From an uncultured Chloroflexia bacterium (lineage in GTDB: Bacteria > Chloroflexota > Limnocylindria > Limnocylindrales > CSP1-4), in the NCBI GenBank assembly GCA_963778025.1, contig CAVZTA010000016.1:132609-196608 (forward strand): 64,000 bases of DNA, in the 5' to 3' direction. Within the stretch, counting starts at the first letter, position 1. Each line of letters begins with the position of its first letter. Position numbers and translations under genes: made by a program. This document shows, in pieces, positions 46,557 through 56,356 of the stretch. The notes under the pieces were generated by a model. The model was not told where the DNA came from. It saw nothing but the letters and a program-made list of their open reading frames with translations, and did not search any database.

Positions 46557-47134
46557 TACGCCCCTCGACCTCCGTCCGTGCGCCGGTAGAACGTCAGCGC
46601 GGTCTCGCCGAAGCGGCGCTCGCGCTCCGATGCTAACAGCCCGACCGTGGCCGGCGGCGCGCTCCGCCAGAAGTGCTTGGCGATGACGCGGGCGTGCTCG
46701 CCGAGCGGCGCGTCGGCTGCTCCGAGGCGCTCCAGCGTCTCGGTCAGCGCCGCCGTGTCCTCGTACGGCGGGTCGAGCAGGACGACATCGAACGGTTCGC
46801 GCGCGGGTCGCGAAAGGAACGCGGACACCGCGACGCGTTCGATGGTCGCGCGGTCCGACAGGCGCGCTCGTTCCAGGTTGGTCTCGATCGTCCGGACCGC
46901 CGCGCGATCGCGCTCGACGAAGGTCGCGTGCGCGGCACCCCGCGACAGCGCCTCGATACCGGCCGCGCCGCTCCCCGCGAACAGGTCGAGGACCGTGGCA
47001 CCCTCCAGCTCCGGCTCGAGGATCGCGAACAGCGTCTGCTTGACCCGGTCGGTCAGGGGGCGGGTCCCCTCCCCCGGGGCGGCGAGGCGGACGCCGCGCG
47101 CCGATCCCGCGATGACACGCCCGGCGTCAGCCAC
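46556..47134 (-). CDS. rsmD: 16S rRNA (guanine966-N2)-methyltransferase
   Basis: RsmD pattern (RVIAGSARG..L..P....TRP..DRVK..LF, LDLFAGSGA, DPPY). The rsmD-coaD pair is canonical. Confidence 0.9.
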   Translation of the reverse strand: MADAGRVIAGSARGVRLAAPGEGTRPLTDRVKQTLFAILEPELEGATVLDLFAGSGAAGIEALSRGAAHATFVERDRAAVRTIETNLERARLSDRATIERVAVSAFLSRPAREPFDVVLLDPPYEDTAALTETLERLGAADAPLGEHARVIAKHFWRSAPPATVGLLASERERRFGETALTFYRRTDGGRGA

Positions 47135-47194
47135 GGCGCCGCGGGACGCCGACGCCGCGCTGGCTCGAGCCGCCTCGGCTCGCGCCGCGCCGTC

Positions 47195-49453
47195 TCACGC
47201 GGCGCTCGATGGATCGCCCGCGAACACCCGCGCCAGCCAGCCCGTCGCGAGCTCTCGCTGCAGGTCGTCCAGCCCCGGCACGAAACCGCCGGCCGCGTCG
47301 AGCAACACCTCCGCGTCCCCCCGGGCGCGGCGCGCCAGCTCGACGTGCGAGCGGTCCTGGAGCGACGCGACGCGCAGGCGCGGCAGGCCCGACTGCGCCA
47401 GGCCCAGCACGTCGCCCTCGCGCCGGATCTCGAAGTCCTTCTCGGCCAGCTCGAACCCATCGCGGATCTCCGCGACGGCCTTGAGCCGTGCCTGCGCCGT
47501 CTCGTCGTTCGAGTCGGAGACCAGGACACAGAAGCTCTCCGCCGTGCCCCGGCCGACACGACCACGGAGCTGGTGCAGCTGCGCGAGGCCGAACCGGTCG
47601 GCGCCCTCCACGATCATCATCGTCGCCTCGGGCACATCGACCCCGACCTCGACGACGGTCGTGCCCACGAGCACGTCCAGATCCCCATCGCGGAAGCGCG
47701 CCATGACCGCGTCGCGGTCGACCGGCTTGATCCGGCCATGGACGAGCCCGACGCGCAGCGGGGCGAGCGACTCCGCGAGCCGTACCGCCTCGGCCTCCGC
47801 GGCGGGCGCCGATCCGTCGAACAGCGATGGACCGGCCGCGCCGTCAGCGTCGCTGTCGGCCTCGTCGATGAGCGGCACGACCACGAACGTCCGGTGCCCG
47901 GCGGCCGCCTCCTGGCGCACCCGCTCCCAGACCGGGGCGAGCTGGTCCGGATGGCGGATCCCGGTCCGGATCGGGACCCGGCCCGCTGGCGGCGTCCGCA
48001 GGTCGGAGACGTCCAGATCCGCGTAGAGCACCTGTCCGAGGGTGCGCGGGATGGGCGTCGCCGTCATCAGCAGCACGTGCGGTGCCTGCCCACCGGCCTT
48101 CGCCTCGAGCTGGCCACGCTGCTCGACCCCGAAGCGGTGCTGCTCGTCGATGACCACGACCGCGAGGCGCGCGAACTCGACCCGCTCCTGGAGCAATGCG
48201 TGCGTCCCCACCACCACCGGCGCCTGCCCCGACTTCACGAGATCCCGGACATGACCGGCCGTCGCCGCCGACTGCGAGCCCGTCAGCAGCTCGACGGCGA
48301 CGCCCGCACCCTCGAGGGATGCGGCGAGGGTGGCGTGGTGCTGGCGCGCGAGGAGGTCCGTCGGCGCCAGCAAGGCGCCCTGCCGTCCGGCCAGTGCCGC
48401 GGCGCCCAGCACCCATGCCGCGACGGCGGTCTTGCCGCTCCCGACGTCGCCCTGGAGCAGCCGGAGCATCGGTGTCGGCCGCCGCAGGTCGTCGCGGATG
48501 GTGTCCATCGCGGTGCCCTGGTCGGGCGTGAGCTCGACCTCGGCGCCGGCCTTGCGTCGGATGGCCTCCAGCACCGACGCACGCAGCGTGGAGTCGGCCG
48601 CGGCATCGACCTCCAGCGGCTCCGCCGCGTCCCGTCCTCGCTGTCGGCGCCGCCCGACCATGCCGAGCTGGAGCGCCAGCAGCTCGTCGTACGCGAGCCT
48701 GCGCAGCGCGCCGTCCCGACCCTCGAACGTCGACGGGTAGTGCGCCGCCTCCAGGGCGTCCGCGATGCCGACCACGTCCACATCCGTGCGGATCGACGCG
48801 GGAAGGTATTCCGGGTAGTGGTCGCCTGCGCGGTCCAGCGCCTCGCGCATCGCGATCCGGAGACGGGCCGCGGTCAGCCCGGCGGTGAGCCGGTAGACGG
48901 GCACGATGCGCCCGACGTGGAGCAGCTCGTCGTCGCGGCCGACCGGCTGGAAGTCCGGGTTGTCGATCGTCAGCTTCCGGCCGAAGTGCTTGAGCTTGCC
49001 GGAAACGATGATCTCCGCGCCCGGGAACAGGCGGCGCTCGATGTAGCGGCGCCCGAACCACGTCGCCTCGACGGTGCCCGTGTCGTCGCGCAGGACGGCG
49101 ATCGTCCGCTGGATCCGGCGGCGGAAGCCCGGCTCGACGCGGACGTCCAGCACGTGGACGCGCGCGCTCACGACCGTGCCGTCCTCGACCCAGACGAGAT
49201 CGCCCAGCTGGCGCATCTCGCGCAGGTCGTCGTAGCGGCGCGGCAGATGGAACAACAGGTCGCGAACGCTGCCGATGCCGAGGCGGAGCCCGGCCCGACG
49301 GAGCGTCGGCGCGGCCGACAGACCCGACTGGCCGAGCGGTGCGTCGAGCAGCTCGACGGGGTCCGTGGGGACGGGTGCCTGGACCTTCGGTCGCAGGGCC
49401 GTCGCCCCGGCGCCGCGGCGGCCACCCCCGGCCCTTCGGGGAGCGCCGCTCAT
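47195..49453 (-). CDS. recG: ATP-dependent DNA helicase RecG
   Basis: Wedge/OB N-domain, GDVGSGKT, DEQHRFG, MTATPIPRT and QLHQLRGRVGRG. ATG 49453 follows the DAK2 gene stop. The start in the track (49603) lies inside the upstream gene. Confidence 0.95.
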   Translation of the reverse strand: MSGAPRRAGGGRRGAGATALRPKVQAPVPTDPVELLDAPLGQSGLSAAPTLRRAGLRLGIGSVRDLLFHLPRRYDDLREMRQLGDLVWVEDGTVVSARVHVLDVRVEPGFRRRIQRTIAVLRDDTGTVEATWFGRRYIERRLFPGAEIIVSGKLKHFGRKLTIDNPDFQPVGRDDELLHVGRIVPVYRLTAGLTAARLRIAMREALDRAGDHYPEYLPASIRTDVDVVGIADALEAAHYPSTFEGRDGALRRLAYDELLALQLGMVGRRRQRGRDAAEPLEVDAAADSTLRASVLEAIRRKAGAEVELTPDQGTAMDTIRDDLRRPTPMLRLLQGDVGSGKTAVAAWVLGAAALAGRQGALLAPTDLLARQHHATLAASLEGAGVAVELLTGSQSAATAGHVRDLVKSGQAPVVVGTHALLQERVEFARLAVVVIDEQHRFGVEQRGQLEAKAGGQAPHVLLMTATPIPRTLGQVLYADLDVSDLRTPPAGRVPIRTGIRHPDQLAPVWERVRQEAAAGHRTFVVVPLIDEADSDADGAAGPSLFDGSAPAAEAEAVRLAESLAPLRVGLVHGRIKPVDRDAVMARFRDGDLDVLVGTTVVEVGVDVPEATMMIVEGADRFGLAQLHQLRGRVGRGTAESFCVLVSDSNDETAQARLKAVAEIRDGFELAEKDFEIRREGDVLGLAQSGLPRLRVASLQDRSHVELARRARGDAEVLLDAAGGFVPGLDDLQRELATGWLARVFAGDPSSAA

Positions 49454-49475
49454 CGTCGCGTCCGCCGCCCGACCA

Positions 49476-51275
49476 TCACTCCGCGGCGATGAGATAGCGA
49501 TAGTGCGGCTGGCCGCCGTGCAGGACGAGCGCCTCCTCGATCGCGGGGTGCGCGTCCTGGCATTTCCGGGCGAGCGCCTCGGCGTCGGCGAGCGTCGCGC
49601 CATCGCCGTAGTAGATGGTGAGCACGCTGTACCCGTCGCTCAGGCGGGCCAGCGCCGCGAGCACCGCCCGATGCGGATCGGTGTCCGCGGCGAGCAGCCC
49701 ATCGTCCGGATCGAGGACGATCGTCTGGCCCTTCTTCACCTTCTTGCCGCTGACCGTCGCATCCCGCACCGCCTCCGTCGCCTGGAGCGTCTGGATCGCC
49801 CGCCCGGCCTCGGTCATCGCCGTCGCGTTGGCCTCCCCGCCACGCCCGCCGTCGAGCTCCATCACGGCCGCGATGCCCTCGGCGACGTTCCGCGTCGGGA
49901 CGACGTGGATCGGGACGTCGGCCATCGTCGCGACCTGGCGGGCGGCGAGGATGACGTTCGGGTTGTTGGGCAGGATCAGCAGCTCGTCGGCGGCGGTCGC
50001 GCGGACCGCCTCCAGGAGCTCGCCCGTGCTCGGGTTGGCCGACTGGCCGCCGCGGACGATGCGGAACGGGCCGTGCTCGCGGAAGGGCGTGGCGACGTCG
50101 GCGAGGATGGTGGCCAGGCCGTCCGATGGGGCGACGGCGACGACCCCGAGCGCGAACCGGGTGATCGGCGTGGGTGGCTCGATGAGGTCGTCACCGGCGG
50201 GACGCGGGAACACGCCGATGCCCACCTCGTCCGGCGGCGGCTGCGGGACCTCGAGGCCGACCGCCGCGCCGCTCGCCGCGCCGACGAACTCCTCGGCACG
50301 GGCCTCCCGCACGTCGCTGGCCATGGTGTCGAGGTTCTCGACGGTGATGCGCGTCAGGGTCCCGAGCGTCAGGCCATACGCGATGACCTGGTCGGGCCGC
50401 TCGTTGTGGACGTGCACCTTCACGAGCGCCGGGCCACCGGCCACCAGCACGCTCTCGCCCATCGCCTCGAGGTGCCGCTGGATGGTCGCGACCTCCAGGC
50501 TGGTGCCGGGGGTCGGCTGGAGGACGAACACGGTCTCATAGCCGAACGCCTCGTCCTCGAGCGCGTCGATCCCGTGGCGGACCGCGGACCCGCTGCCGGC
50601 CGCGGCCGCCGTGCCGGTGCGGTCCCTGGGCACCCCGCCATCGGCGGTGACGGCGCGGCCGCGCGCCGCGGCGAGCGCCCCCTGGAACAGGCGGAACAGG
50701 CCCTGGCCGCCCGAATCGACGACGTGCGCCTCGCGCAGGATGGGCAACAGCGTCGGGGTGCGCGCGACGGACCGCTCTGCCGCCTCGACGAGCGCGACCA
50801 GGACCTTCTCGACATCGTTGTCCCGCTCCGCGGCGGCGACCGCGGCGGCCGACGACTCGCGGATGACCGTGAGGATCGTCCCCTCGACCGGCTTCGCCAC
50901 GGCCTTGTAGGCGGTCTTGGTGCCCTCGTCGAGGGCATTGGCGAGGTCGAGCCCGGTGAACCGCTTCTTGCCGGCAAGGCCATGGGCGAGTCCGGCAAGG
51001 ATCTGGCTGGTGATCACGCCGGAGTTGCCGCGCGCGCCCATCAGCGCGCCGAAGCTGACCGCCTGCGCGACGCGTTCGGCGGTCGCCCCCTCGCCCACCT
51101 TCTCGGCCTCGTCGAGCGCCGCGCGGACCGTCGCAAGCATGTTCGTGCCGGTGTCGCCATCGGGGACCGGGAAGACGTTGAGGGCGTTGATCTCGTCGAC
51201 GTGGAGCTGGAGGTTCGCGACCGCGCTGCGGCAGGCGATCAGCAGCCCCTTGCCGTCGCAGGTCTTGGGCGCCAT
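49476..51275 (-). CDS. DAK2-domain fusion protein (YloV family)
   Basis: From ATG 51275: DAK2 motif FPVPDGDTGTNM, NSGVI, and a YloV-type C-domain. TGATG overlap with the upstream asp23-like gene. Canonical asp23-DAK2-recG order. Confidence 0.85.
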   Translation of the reverse strand: MAPKTCDGKGLLIACRSAVANLQLHVDEINALNVFPVPDGDTGTNMLATVRAALDEAEKVGEGATAERVAQAVSFGALMGARGNSGVITSQILAGLAHGLAGKKRFTGLDLANALDEGTKTAYKAVAKPVEGTILTVIRESSAAAVAAAERDNDVEKVLVALVEAAERSVARTPTLLPILREAHVVDSGGQGLFRLFQGALAAARGRAVTADGGVPRDRTGTAAAAGSGSAVRHGIDALEDEAFGYETVFVLQPTPGTSLEVATIQRHLEAMGESVLVAGGPALVKVHVHNERPDQVIAYGLTLGTLTRITVENLDTMASDVREARAEEFVGAASGAAVGLEVPQPPPDEVGIGVFPRPAGDDLIEPPTPITRFALGVVAVAPSDGLATILADVATPFREHGPFRIVRGGQSANPSTGELLEAVRATAADELLILPNNPNVILAARQVATMADVPIHVVPTRNVAEGIAAVMELDGGRGGEANATAMTEAGRAIQTLQATEAVRDATVSGKKVKKGQTIVLDPDDGLLAADTDPHRAVLAALARLSDGYSVLTIYYGDGATLADAEALARKCQDAHPAIEEALVLHGGQPHYRYLIAAE

Positions 51276-51700
51276 CAGGCGACGTCCGTGCCGCTGGCGG
51301 CGAGGTCGGCCGGCCCGGGTCGCTCGGCGGATGGCTCGACGAGCGCCGGTGGCGGTGCGCCGGGCTCGAACCGGAGGCCCTCGACGTGGATCGACACGCG
51401 GTCCGGCTCCCGCCCGATCGCGTGCTTCACGGCGTACCGGACGGTGGCATCGACCTGGCGGGCGACCTCGGCGACCGGCAGCCCGTAGGCGACGGTGAGG
51501 TGGAGGTCGATGGCGAGCTCGCCGTCCATCGACAGGCCGATCCCCTTGCGCCCGATGCCCAGGCGATCGATGACCTCGCCGAGCGGCCCGTGGCTCCGAA
51601 GACCCGACACGCCGTACACGCTCGATGCCGCGTTGCGGACCACGTCGCGCATGGCTCGGCGCGTGACGAGCGAGCGTCCGGGGATCGGGTTGGTGGGCAC
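51275..51700 (-). CDS. Asp23/Gls24-family protein (YloU-like)
   Basis: From GTG 51700 (AAGGAGGA upstream): VPTNPIPGRSLVTRRAMRDVVRNAASSVYGVSGL...IDLHLTVAYGLPVAEVARQVDATVRYAV. Confidence 0.8.
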   Translation of the reverse strand: MPTNPIPGRSLVTRRAMRDVVRNAASSVYGVSGLRSHGPLGEVIDRLGIGRKGIGLSMDGELAIDLHLTVAYGLPVAEVARQVDATVRYAVKHAIGREPDRVSIHVEGLRFEPGAPPPALVEPSAERPGPADLAASGTDVA

Positions 51701-51775
51701 GCGGAGCGCATCCTCCTTCGCGGCCGTGGCGGACGGCTCGAGCTGGCGGCTCCGGGCGGGCGGTCGGAGGCCGTG

Positions 51776-51788
51776 TGCTACGATACCA
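51776..51788. promoter_or_regulatory. quasi-palindrome giving extended -10 elements on both strands (rpmB / asp23-DAK2-recG divergent promoters)
   Basis: Plus strand TGCTACGAT; minus strand TGGTATCGT (forward TGCTACGATACCA). It lies roughly midway between GTG 51700 and ATG 51860. Confidence 0.4.
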
Positions 51789-51859
51789 GCCCGCTCGTGC
51801 CCGGCTTGACCGGCGCGTCCGCGAGCGTCCACCTCCGAAACCCACGTCAAGGGAACGAC

Positions 51860-52063
51860 ATGGCCCGCTCCTGTGCCATCTGCGGCAAGGTCTCGATGGG
51901 CGGCTTCAACCCGCAGTCGTCGGGCATGAACCGCGTCCGCGCCCACCGCCGCTACCAGCCCAATCTCCAGGTGACGACGATCAGCCAGAACGGCCACGCG
52001 CCGGCCAAGGCGATGGTCTGCACCCGCTGCCGGCGGACCCTCACGAAGAGCGCGCGCGCCTAG
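51860..52063 (+). CDS. rpmB: 50S ribosomal protein L28
   Basis: MARSCAICGKVSMGGFNPQSSGMNRVRAHRRYQPNLQ. Divergent from the asp23-DAK2-recG unit, as in many Gram-positives. Confidence 0.9.
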   Translation: MARSCAICGKVSMGGFNPQSSGMNRVRAHRRYQPNLQVTTISQNGHAPAKAMVCTRCRRTLTKSARA

Positions 52064-52091
52064 GTCGTTCCCGCTCGTCCGCCACCCCGAC

Positions 52092-52111
52092 GACCGGCCC
52101 TCGGGCCGGTC
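52092..52111 (+). terminator. hairpin after rpmB
   Basis: GACCGGCCC-tc-GGGCCGGTC starts 29 nt after the TAG stop and is followed by TCGTCATGT. Confidence 0.5.
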
Positions 52112-52346
52112 TCGTCATGTCCGGGGGATCGCCCATCCGTGGCCGAGCGCTGCACCGAAGCCCGGGGCTGCGCACCGGGCGCGCAAAGCGACCGCCGGGA
52201 CGTGGCCCAGCAGGAGTCCTGCGCACCGCGGACCGCAGACTGCGGTCCGGCGACGGCCCCAGCCACCGCCTTGCGCATCGGGTGAGCCGGTCGGCGCGCT
52301 GGTCGCCGCCCGGTCATGCGTTCGGATCGCGGGCCGGGATCGCAGG

Positions 52347-52793
52347 TCAGCGCTCGTCGGTGTCGAGCCAGATGGTGAACGGGCCGTCGTTGACGAGCTC
52401 GACGGCCATCTTGGCGGCGAACCGGCCCGTCGCGACGCGGACGCCGGCGCTCTCGATGTTCGCGGCGAACAGCCGGTAGAGGCGGTTCGCGGGCTCGGGC
52501 AGGGCCGCCTCGACGAAGCCCGGGCGCCGACCGCGCGACGTGTCGGCGTAGAGCGTGAACTGCGACACGACCAGCGCCTCCCCGCCGACGTCGAGGAGCG
52601 AGCGGTTCGTCCGGCCCTCCTCGTCCTCGAAGATCCGCAGCTCCACGACGCGCCGGGCGAGCGCCTGCGCGGTGTCGGCGTCATCCGCCCGGCCGATGCC
52701 CACCAGGATGAGCAACCCGCGCCCGCACGCCCCGACGACCTCGCCGTCGACGCGGACCTCCGCTCGCGACACCCGCTGGAGCAGCGCGCGCAC
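52347..52793 (-). CDS. dtd: D-aminoacyl-tRNA deacylase
   Basis: [21 protein letters not shown]..., SQFTLYAD and NDGPFT motifs. Confidence 0.95.
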   Translation of the reverse strand: MRALLQRVSRAEVRVDGEVVGACGRGLLILVGIGRADDADTAQALARRVVELRIFEDEEGRTNRSLLDVGGEALVVSQFTLYADTSRGRRPGFVEAALPEPANRLYRLFAANIESAGVRVATGRFAAKMAVELVNDGPFTIWLDTDER

Positions 52794-52875
52794 CGTCTAC
52801 GCCTCGCGCGCGGGCTCGGGCGCGGGCGCAGGCGCGCGCACGGCCCACGTTCGAGCGGCGCTGCCGTTCACCGCG

Positions 52876-53589
52876 CTACGTCCTGCCCGTGAACGCGCGC
52901 TCGCCCTCGGCCCGCGCCGCGTCGGCGATGGCCCGGATCGCCGCGACCTCTGCCCGGAGATCCCGTGCGCGGTACAGGGCGGAGCCGACGACGATGACGT
53001 CGGTCCCCTCGCGGCCGATGGCTTCCGCCGTCGAGCGCTTGCCGCCGCCGTCGACGTGGACCTCGCACGCACCACCGGCGGCCAGGTAGCCACGCGCGGC
53101 GCGAAGCTTCGCCGCCGCGACATCGGCCATGAACGCCTGCCCACCGAAGCCCGGCTCGACCGTCATCACCAGCACGATGTCCAGCAGCTCGCGGTAGGGC
53201 TCGAGCGTCGCCAAGGGCGTCGCGGGCTTGACCGACAAGCCGGCCGCGGCGCCCGCCGAGCGGATCGCCTCGAGCGTCGGACCGACCGCCCCCGGCTCCG
53301 CCTCGACATGGATGGTCACCGACTCGCACCCCGCGTCGACGAACATCCGGGACCAGCGCGACGGTTCCGAGATCATCAGGTGGGCGTCGAACGGCAGCGT
53401 CGTGGCGCGCCGCAGCGCTTCGACCGTCTTCCAGCCGAACGTGAGGTTCGGCACGAAGTGCGCGTCCATGATGTCGACGTGGATGCGGTCGGCACCGCCG
53501 TCGGCGGCTCGGCGGACCTCGTCGCCGAGCTTCGCGAGGTCCGCGTCGAGGATGCTCGCCGCGATGAGGCAGTGGTCGGGTCGGGGCAA
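52876..53589 (-). CDS. rpe: ribulose-phosphate 3-epimerase
   Basis: IAASILDADLAKLGDEV, IHVDIMDAHFVPNLTFG and VMTVEPGFGGQAF. TTG 53589 lies 6 nt after the rlmN stop. The upstream part of the track ORF overlaps rlmN. Confidence 0.9.
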   Translation of the reverse strand: MPRPDHCLIAASILDADLAKLGDEVRRAADGGADRIHVDIMDAHFVPNLTFGWKTVEALRRATTLPFDAHLMISEPSRWSRMFVDAGCESVTIHVEAEPGAVGPTLEAIRSAGAAAGLSVKPATPLATLEPYRELLDIVLVMTVEPGFGGQAFMADVAAAKLRAARGYLAAGGACEVHVDGGGKRSTAEAIGREGTDVIVVGSALYRARDLRAEVAAIRAIADAARAEGERAFTGRT

Positions 53590-53594
53590 GCGCG

Positions 53595-54881
53595 CTACTC
53601 CCCAGGGTGGGCGCCGACCGCCACCGGGATCGGCTCGTCGGATCGCTCGCCGCGCAGCGCGGCCGCGGACTCCGCCTCGAGCCGCCGCCGGCGACGAGCC
53701 ACCACCGGCGGCGCCGGCTCGCCCGCATGCTCCGCGGCCAGCTGACCGCACGCCGCGCCGATCTCCTGGCCGCGATTGCGGCGGATCGTCGTGCGGATGC
53801 CGGCCGACTCGAGGCGCCGGGCGAACGCCTCGATGACGGGCATCGGGCTTGCCTGCCACGGCGTGTGCGCGACGGGATTCATCGGGATGAGGTTGACATG
53901 CGCGTGCTCGTCGCGGAGGAGGTCGATGAGCGCCGCCGAGTCAGCCTCGGTGTCGTTGATCCCGCCGATCATCGTCACCTCGTAGCTCACCCGTCGGCCG
54001 GTCGCTCGCGCGTGATCGCGCGCCGCGGCGACGACCTCCGCGGCCGGCCATCGTCGGTTGAGCGGGACGAGCACGTCGCGCAGCGCATCCCGCGCGGAAT
54101 GGAGCGAGACCGCCAGCGTGAACTGCGGGCCGAGCGACGTGAGTCGCCGGATGCCCGGCACGACCCCGGACGTCGAGACGGTGATGTGCCGGGCGCCCAG
54201 GCCGAACCGCCGTGGATCGTTGAGCCCGGCCACGGCCTCCAGGACGCGGTCGAGGTTCAGCAGCGGCTCGCCCATGCCCATGAACACGATGTTCGTGAGG
54301 CGCTGCCCGTCGGCCGCGAGTGACCGCGCGGGATGCCGCACCTGGTCGAGGATCTCGGCGGTCTCGAGGTCGCGGTCGAACCCGAGCTCACCGGTCGCGC
54401 AGAACGGGCAGCCGACGGCGCAGCCGGCCTGCGACGAGATGCACAGCGTGTGGCGCTCCCGTGAGGTACCGCGCGCCGGGTAGTGCATCAGCACCGACTC
54501 GATGAGCCGGCCGTCGGACAGCGTGTGCAGCCGCTTCTCCGTCTGGCCGCCGTCCGCGTGACGGACATCGGTATCCGAGACGGTGTCGAAGCGGAACGCC
54601 GACTCGAGCGCCTCGCGAACCGCCGCGGGCAGCGTGAGGACCTCCGCGAACGATGTCGCGCCGGAGCGCCAGACGGCATCGAGGACCTGCCGCGCGCGGT
54701 ACGCCGGTTCGGCACGCTCGGCGAACCAGGCTACGAGGTCCTCTTCGGTCAAGCCCGCGATCCCGGGACGCGGGTCGCGGACGCCGGCACGGGACGGCCC
54801 CGCGACGGGGGCGGGCGCGGGCATCGTCCCGCCGACGGGGGCGGCCTCGACCACGGGCAGCGCGCGGGACTCAGGGGCCAT
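53595..54881 (-). CDS. rlmN: 23S rRNA/tRNA (adenine-C2)-methyltransferase RlmN (radical SAM)
   Basis: CISSQAGCAVGCPFCATG (CxxxCxxC), MGMGEPL and GAACGQL. Confidence 0.95.
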   Translation of the reverse strand: MAPESRALPVVEAAPVGGTMPAPAPVAGPSRAGVRDPRPGIAGLTEEDLVAWFAERAEPAYRARQVLDAVWRSGATSFAEVLTLPAAVREALESAFRFDTVSDTDVRHADGGQTEKRLHTLSDGRLIESVLMHYPARGTSRERHTLCISSQAGCAVGCPFCATGELGFDRDLETAEILDQVRHPARSLAADGQRLTNIVFMGMGEPLLNLDRVLEAVAGLNDPRRFGLGARHITVSTSGVVPGIRRLTSLGPQFTLAVSLHSARDALRDVLVPLNRRWPAAEVVAAARDHARATGRRVSYEVTMIGGINDTEADSAALIDLLRDEHAHVNLIPMNPVAHTPWQASPMPVIEAFARRLESAGIRTTIRRNRGQEIGAACGQLAAEHAGEPAPPVVARRRRRLEAESAAALRGERSDEPIPVAVGAHPGE

Positions 54882-54938
54882 GGCCCGATTCTCGCATGCC
54901 GCCCGCGGACGCCCGCGTCATCCGGACGCGCGCCTGGG

Positions 54939-55364
54939 TCAGGACGAGGCGATCGCCTCCTTCGCTGTCACGATCGTCACCGGCACCGACACCGTGCCGC
55001 GCATCTTCGAGGGCACGTCCTGGCCGAGCCAGCGGCTGAGGCCCGGCGGCAGCGTCGACAGGATGACCTCGTCGACCTCGCGCCCAGAGATCGCGTCATG
55101 CGCCGCGGCGACCGGATCGGCCACGCCGATCTCGCCGGTGGCGTCGGTCGCGCCGAGGTCGCACAGGTGCTGGACGATGGCCTCGAGCCGCTGCTCCGCG
55201 GCGGCCCGGCTGGTCTCCTCGTCCCATGTGAGGCCGCCGGCGACGGGCGTCGCCGGGACGACCACGTGGAACGAGGCGGGACCTCTGCCGAGTCGTTCCT
55301 CGATCGCCTCGGCGAGCGTGGGACTCGCGAGCGTCCGGTTGGCGACGATGAGGTAGGTGGCCAT
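54939..55364 (-). CDS. conserved hypothetical protein (small alpha/beta, USP-like guess)
   Basis: From ATG 55364 (GGGAGG upstream): MATYLIVANRTLASPTLAEAIEERLGRGPASFHVVVPATP...VDEVILSTLPPGLSRWLGQDVPSKM. Coding-like composition. No motif I can assign. Confidence 0.55.
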   Translation of the reverse strand: MATYLIVANRTLASPTLAEAIEERLGRGPASFHVVVPATPVAGGLTWDEETSRAAAEQRLEAIVQHLCDLGATDATGEIGVADPVAAAHDAISGREVDEVILSTLPPGLSRWLGQDVPSKMRGTVSVPVTIVTAKEAIASS

Positions 55365-55423
55365 GCGCACCTCCCGAGCGGGCTGCCTCTGCCCAACGGT
55401 ACGACCGCTGGGAAGGGCCCGGT

Positions 55424-56356
55424 TCAGGTCAGCCGCTGGCCGAGGTAGCCGGGCCGTCCGCTGAGGAACGCGGCGGCGTCCATCGGACTCCTTCCTTCCG
55501 GCTGCACCCGCTCCAGCCGCAGACGACCACGGCCGGTCACCAGGACGAGCGCGTGCTTGTCACCGAGCAACACGCCGGGCTCGCCGCCGGGATCGAGCGC
55601 CTCGACCGCCGCGGCAAGCACGGCCAGCCTGCCCGCCGGCGTGACCAGATACGAGCCGGGCCATGGCTGATACGCCCGGACCTGTCGCTCCAGGTCCACG
55701 GCCGGCCGCGTGGGGTCCATCCGGCCGTCGTCGCGGCGGAGCGGACGCGTCAGCGTGGCGCCCTCGTCCGGCTGGGGATGCGGGATGAGCTCACCGGCGA
55801 GGTAGGGATCGAGCGACCGCGTCAGGAGCCCGGCTGCCCGCTCCGCCAGATCGGCTTCGAGCTCCGGTGCCGTCTCGTCACCGTCGAGCCGGCGACGTTC
55901 CTGCGCCACGATCGGCCCGGTATCGAGTCCGGCGTCCATGCGCATGAGGGTCACGCCGGTCGTGGCGTCGCCGGCGAGGATCGTCGCGGGGATCGGCGTC
56001 GCACCGCGATGCCGCGGCAGCAGCGACGGATGCAGGTTCAGCGCGCCGTGTGGGAGCTCCAGGATCGGCGCCGGGACGAGCTGCCCATAGTCAGCGAGGA
56101 CCGCGAGCTCGGGCTCCAGGGCCAGGATCTCGGCCATCGCCTCCGGCGAGCGCAGCCGAGGCGGGACGAGGATCGGGACCGGGAGATCGATGGCCGCGGC
56201 GAGCGGTGTCGGGGTCGGGATCTGTCGTCGGCCGACCGGACGTGGGGGCGCGGTGACGACGCCGACAAGCTCGACCGAGGGGTGGTCCGCGAGCGCACGG
56301 AACGCCGGGACGCCGAACGCGCCGCTGCCCAGGAAGATCGTCCGGGCGCGGGTCAC
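55424..56356 (-). CDS. fmt: methionyl-tRNA formyltransferase
   Basis: IFLGSGAFGVPA, LNLHPSLLPRHRGATPI. GTGA overlap with the def stop. Confidence 0.95.
   Translation of the reverse strand: MTRARTIFLGSGAFGVPAFRALADHPSVELVGVVTAPPRPVGRRQIPTPTPLAAAIDLPVPILVPPRLRSPEAMAEILALEPELAVLADYGQLVPAPILELPHGALNLHPSLLPRHRGATPIPATILAGDATTGVTLMRMDAGLDTGPIVAQERRRLDGDETAPELEADLAERAAGLLTRSLDPYLAGELIPHPQPDEGATLTRPLRRDDGRMDPTRPAVDLERQVRAYQPWPGSYLVTPAGRLAVLAAAVEALDPGGEPGVLLGDKHALVLVTGRGRLRLERVQPEGRSPMDAAAFLSGRPGYLGQRLT

Noticed and set aside
52112-52346. The spacer between rpmB and dtd, with a 10-nt direct repeat (CTGCGCACCG at ~52167 and ~52218) and the hairpin GGACCGCAG-a-CTGCGGTCC
   Set aside because: This is a convergent-gene spacer. 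The hairpins are most simply terminators for the two genes. The repeat is short and GC-rich. There is no ORF with coding-like composition.
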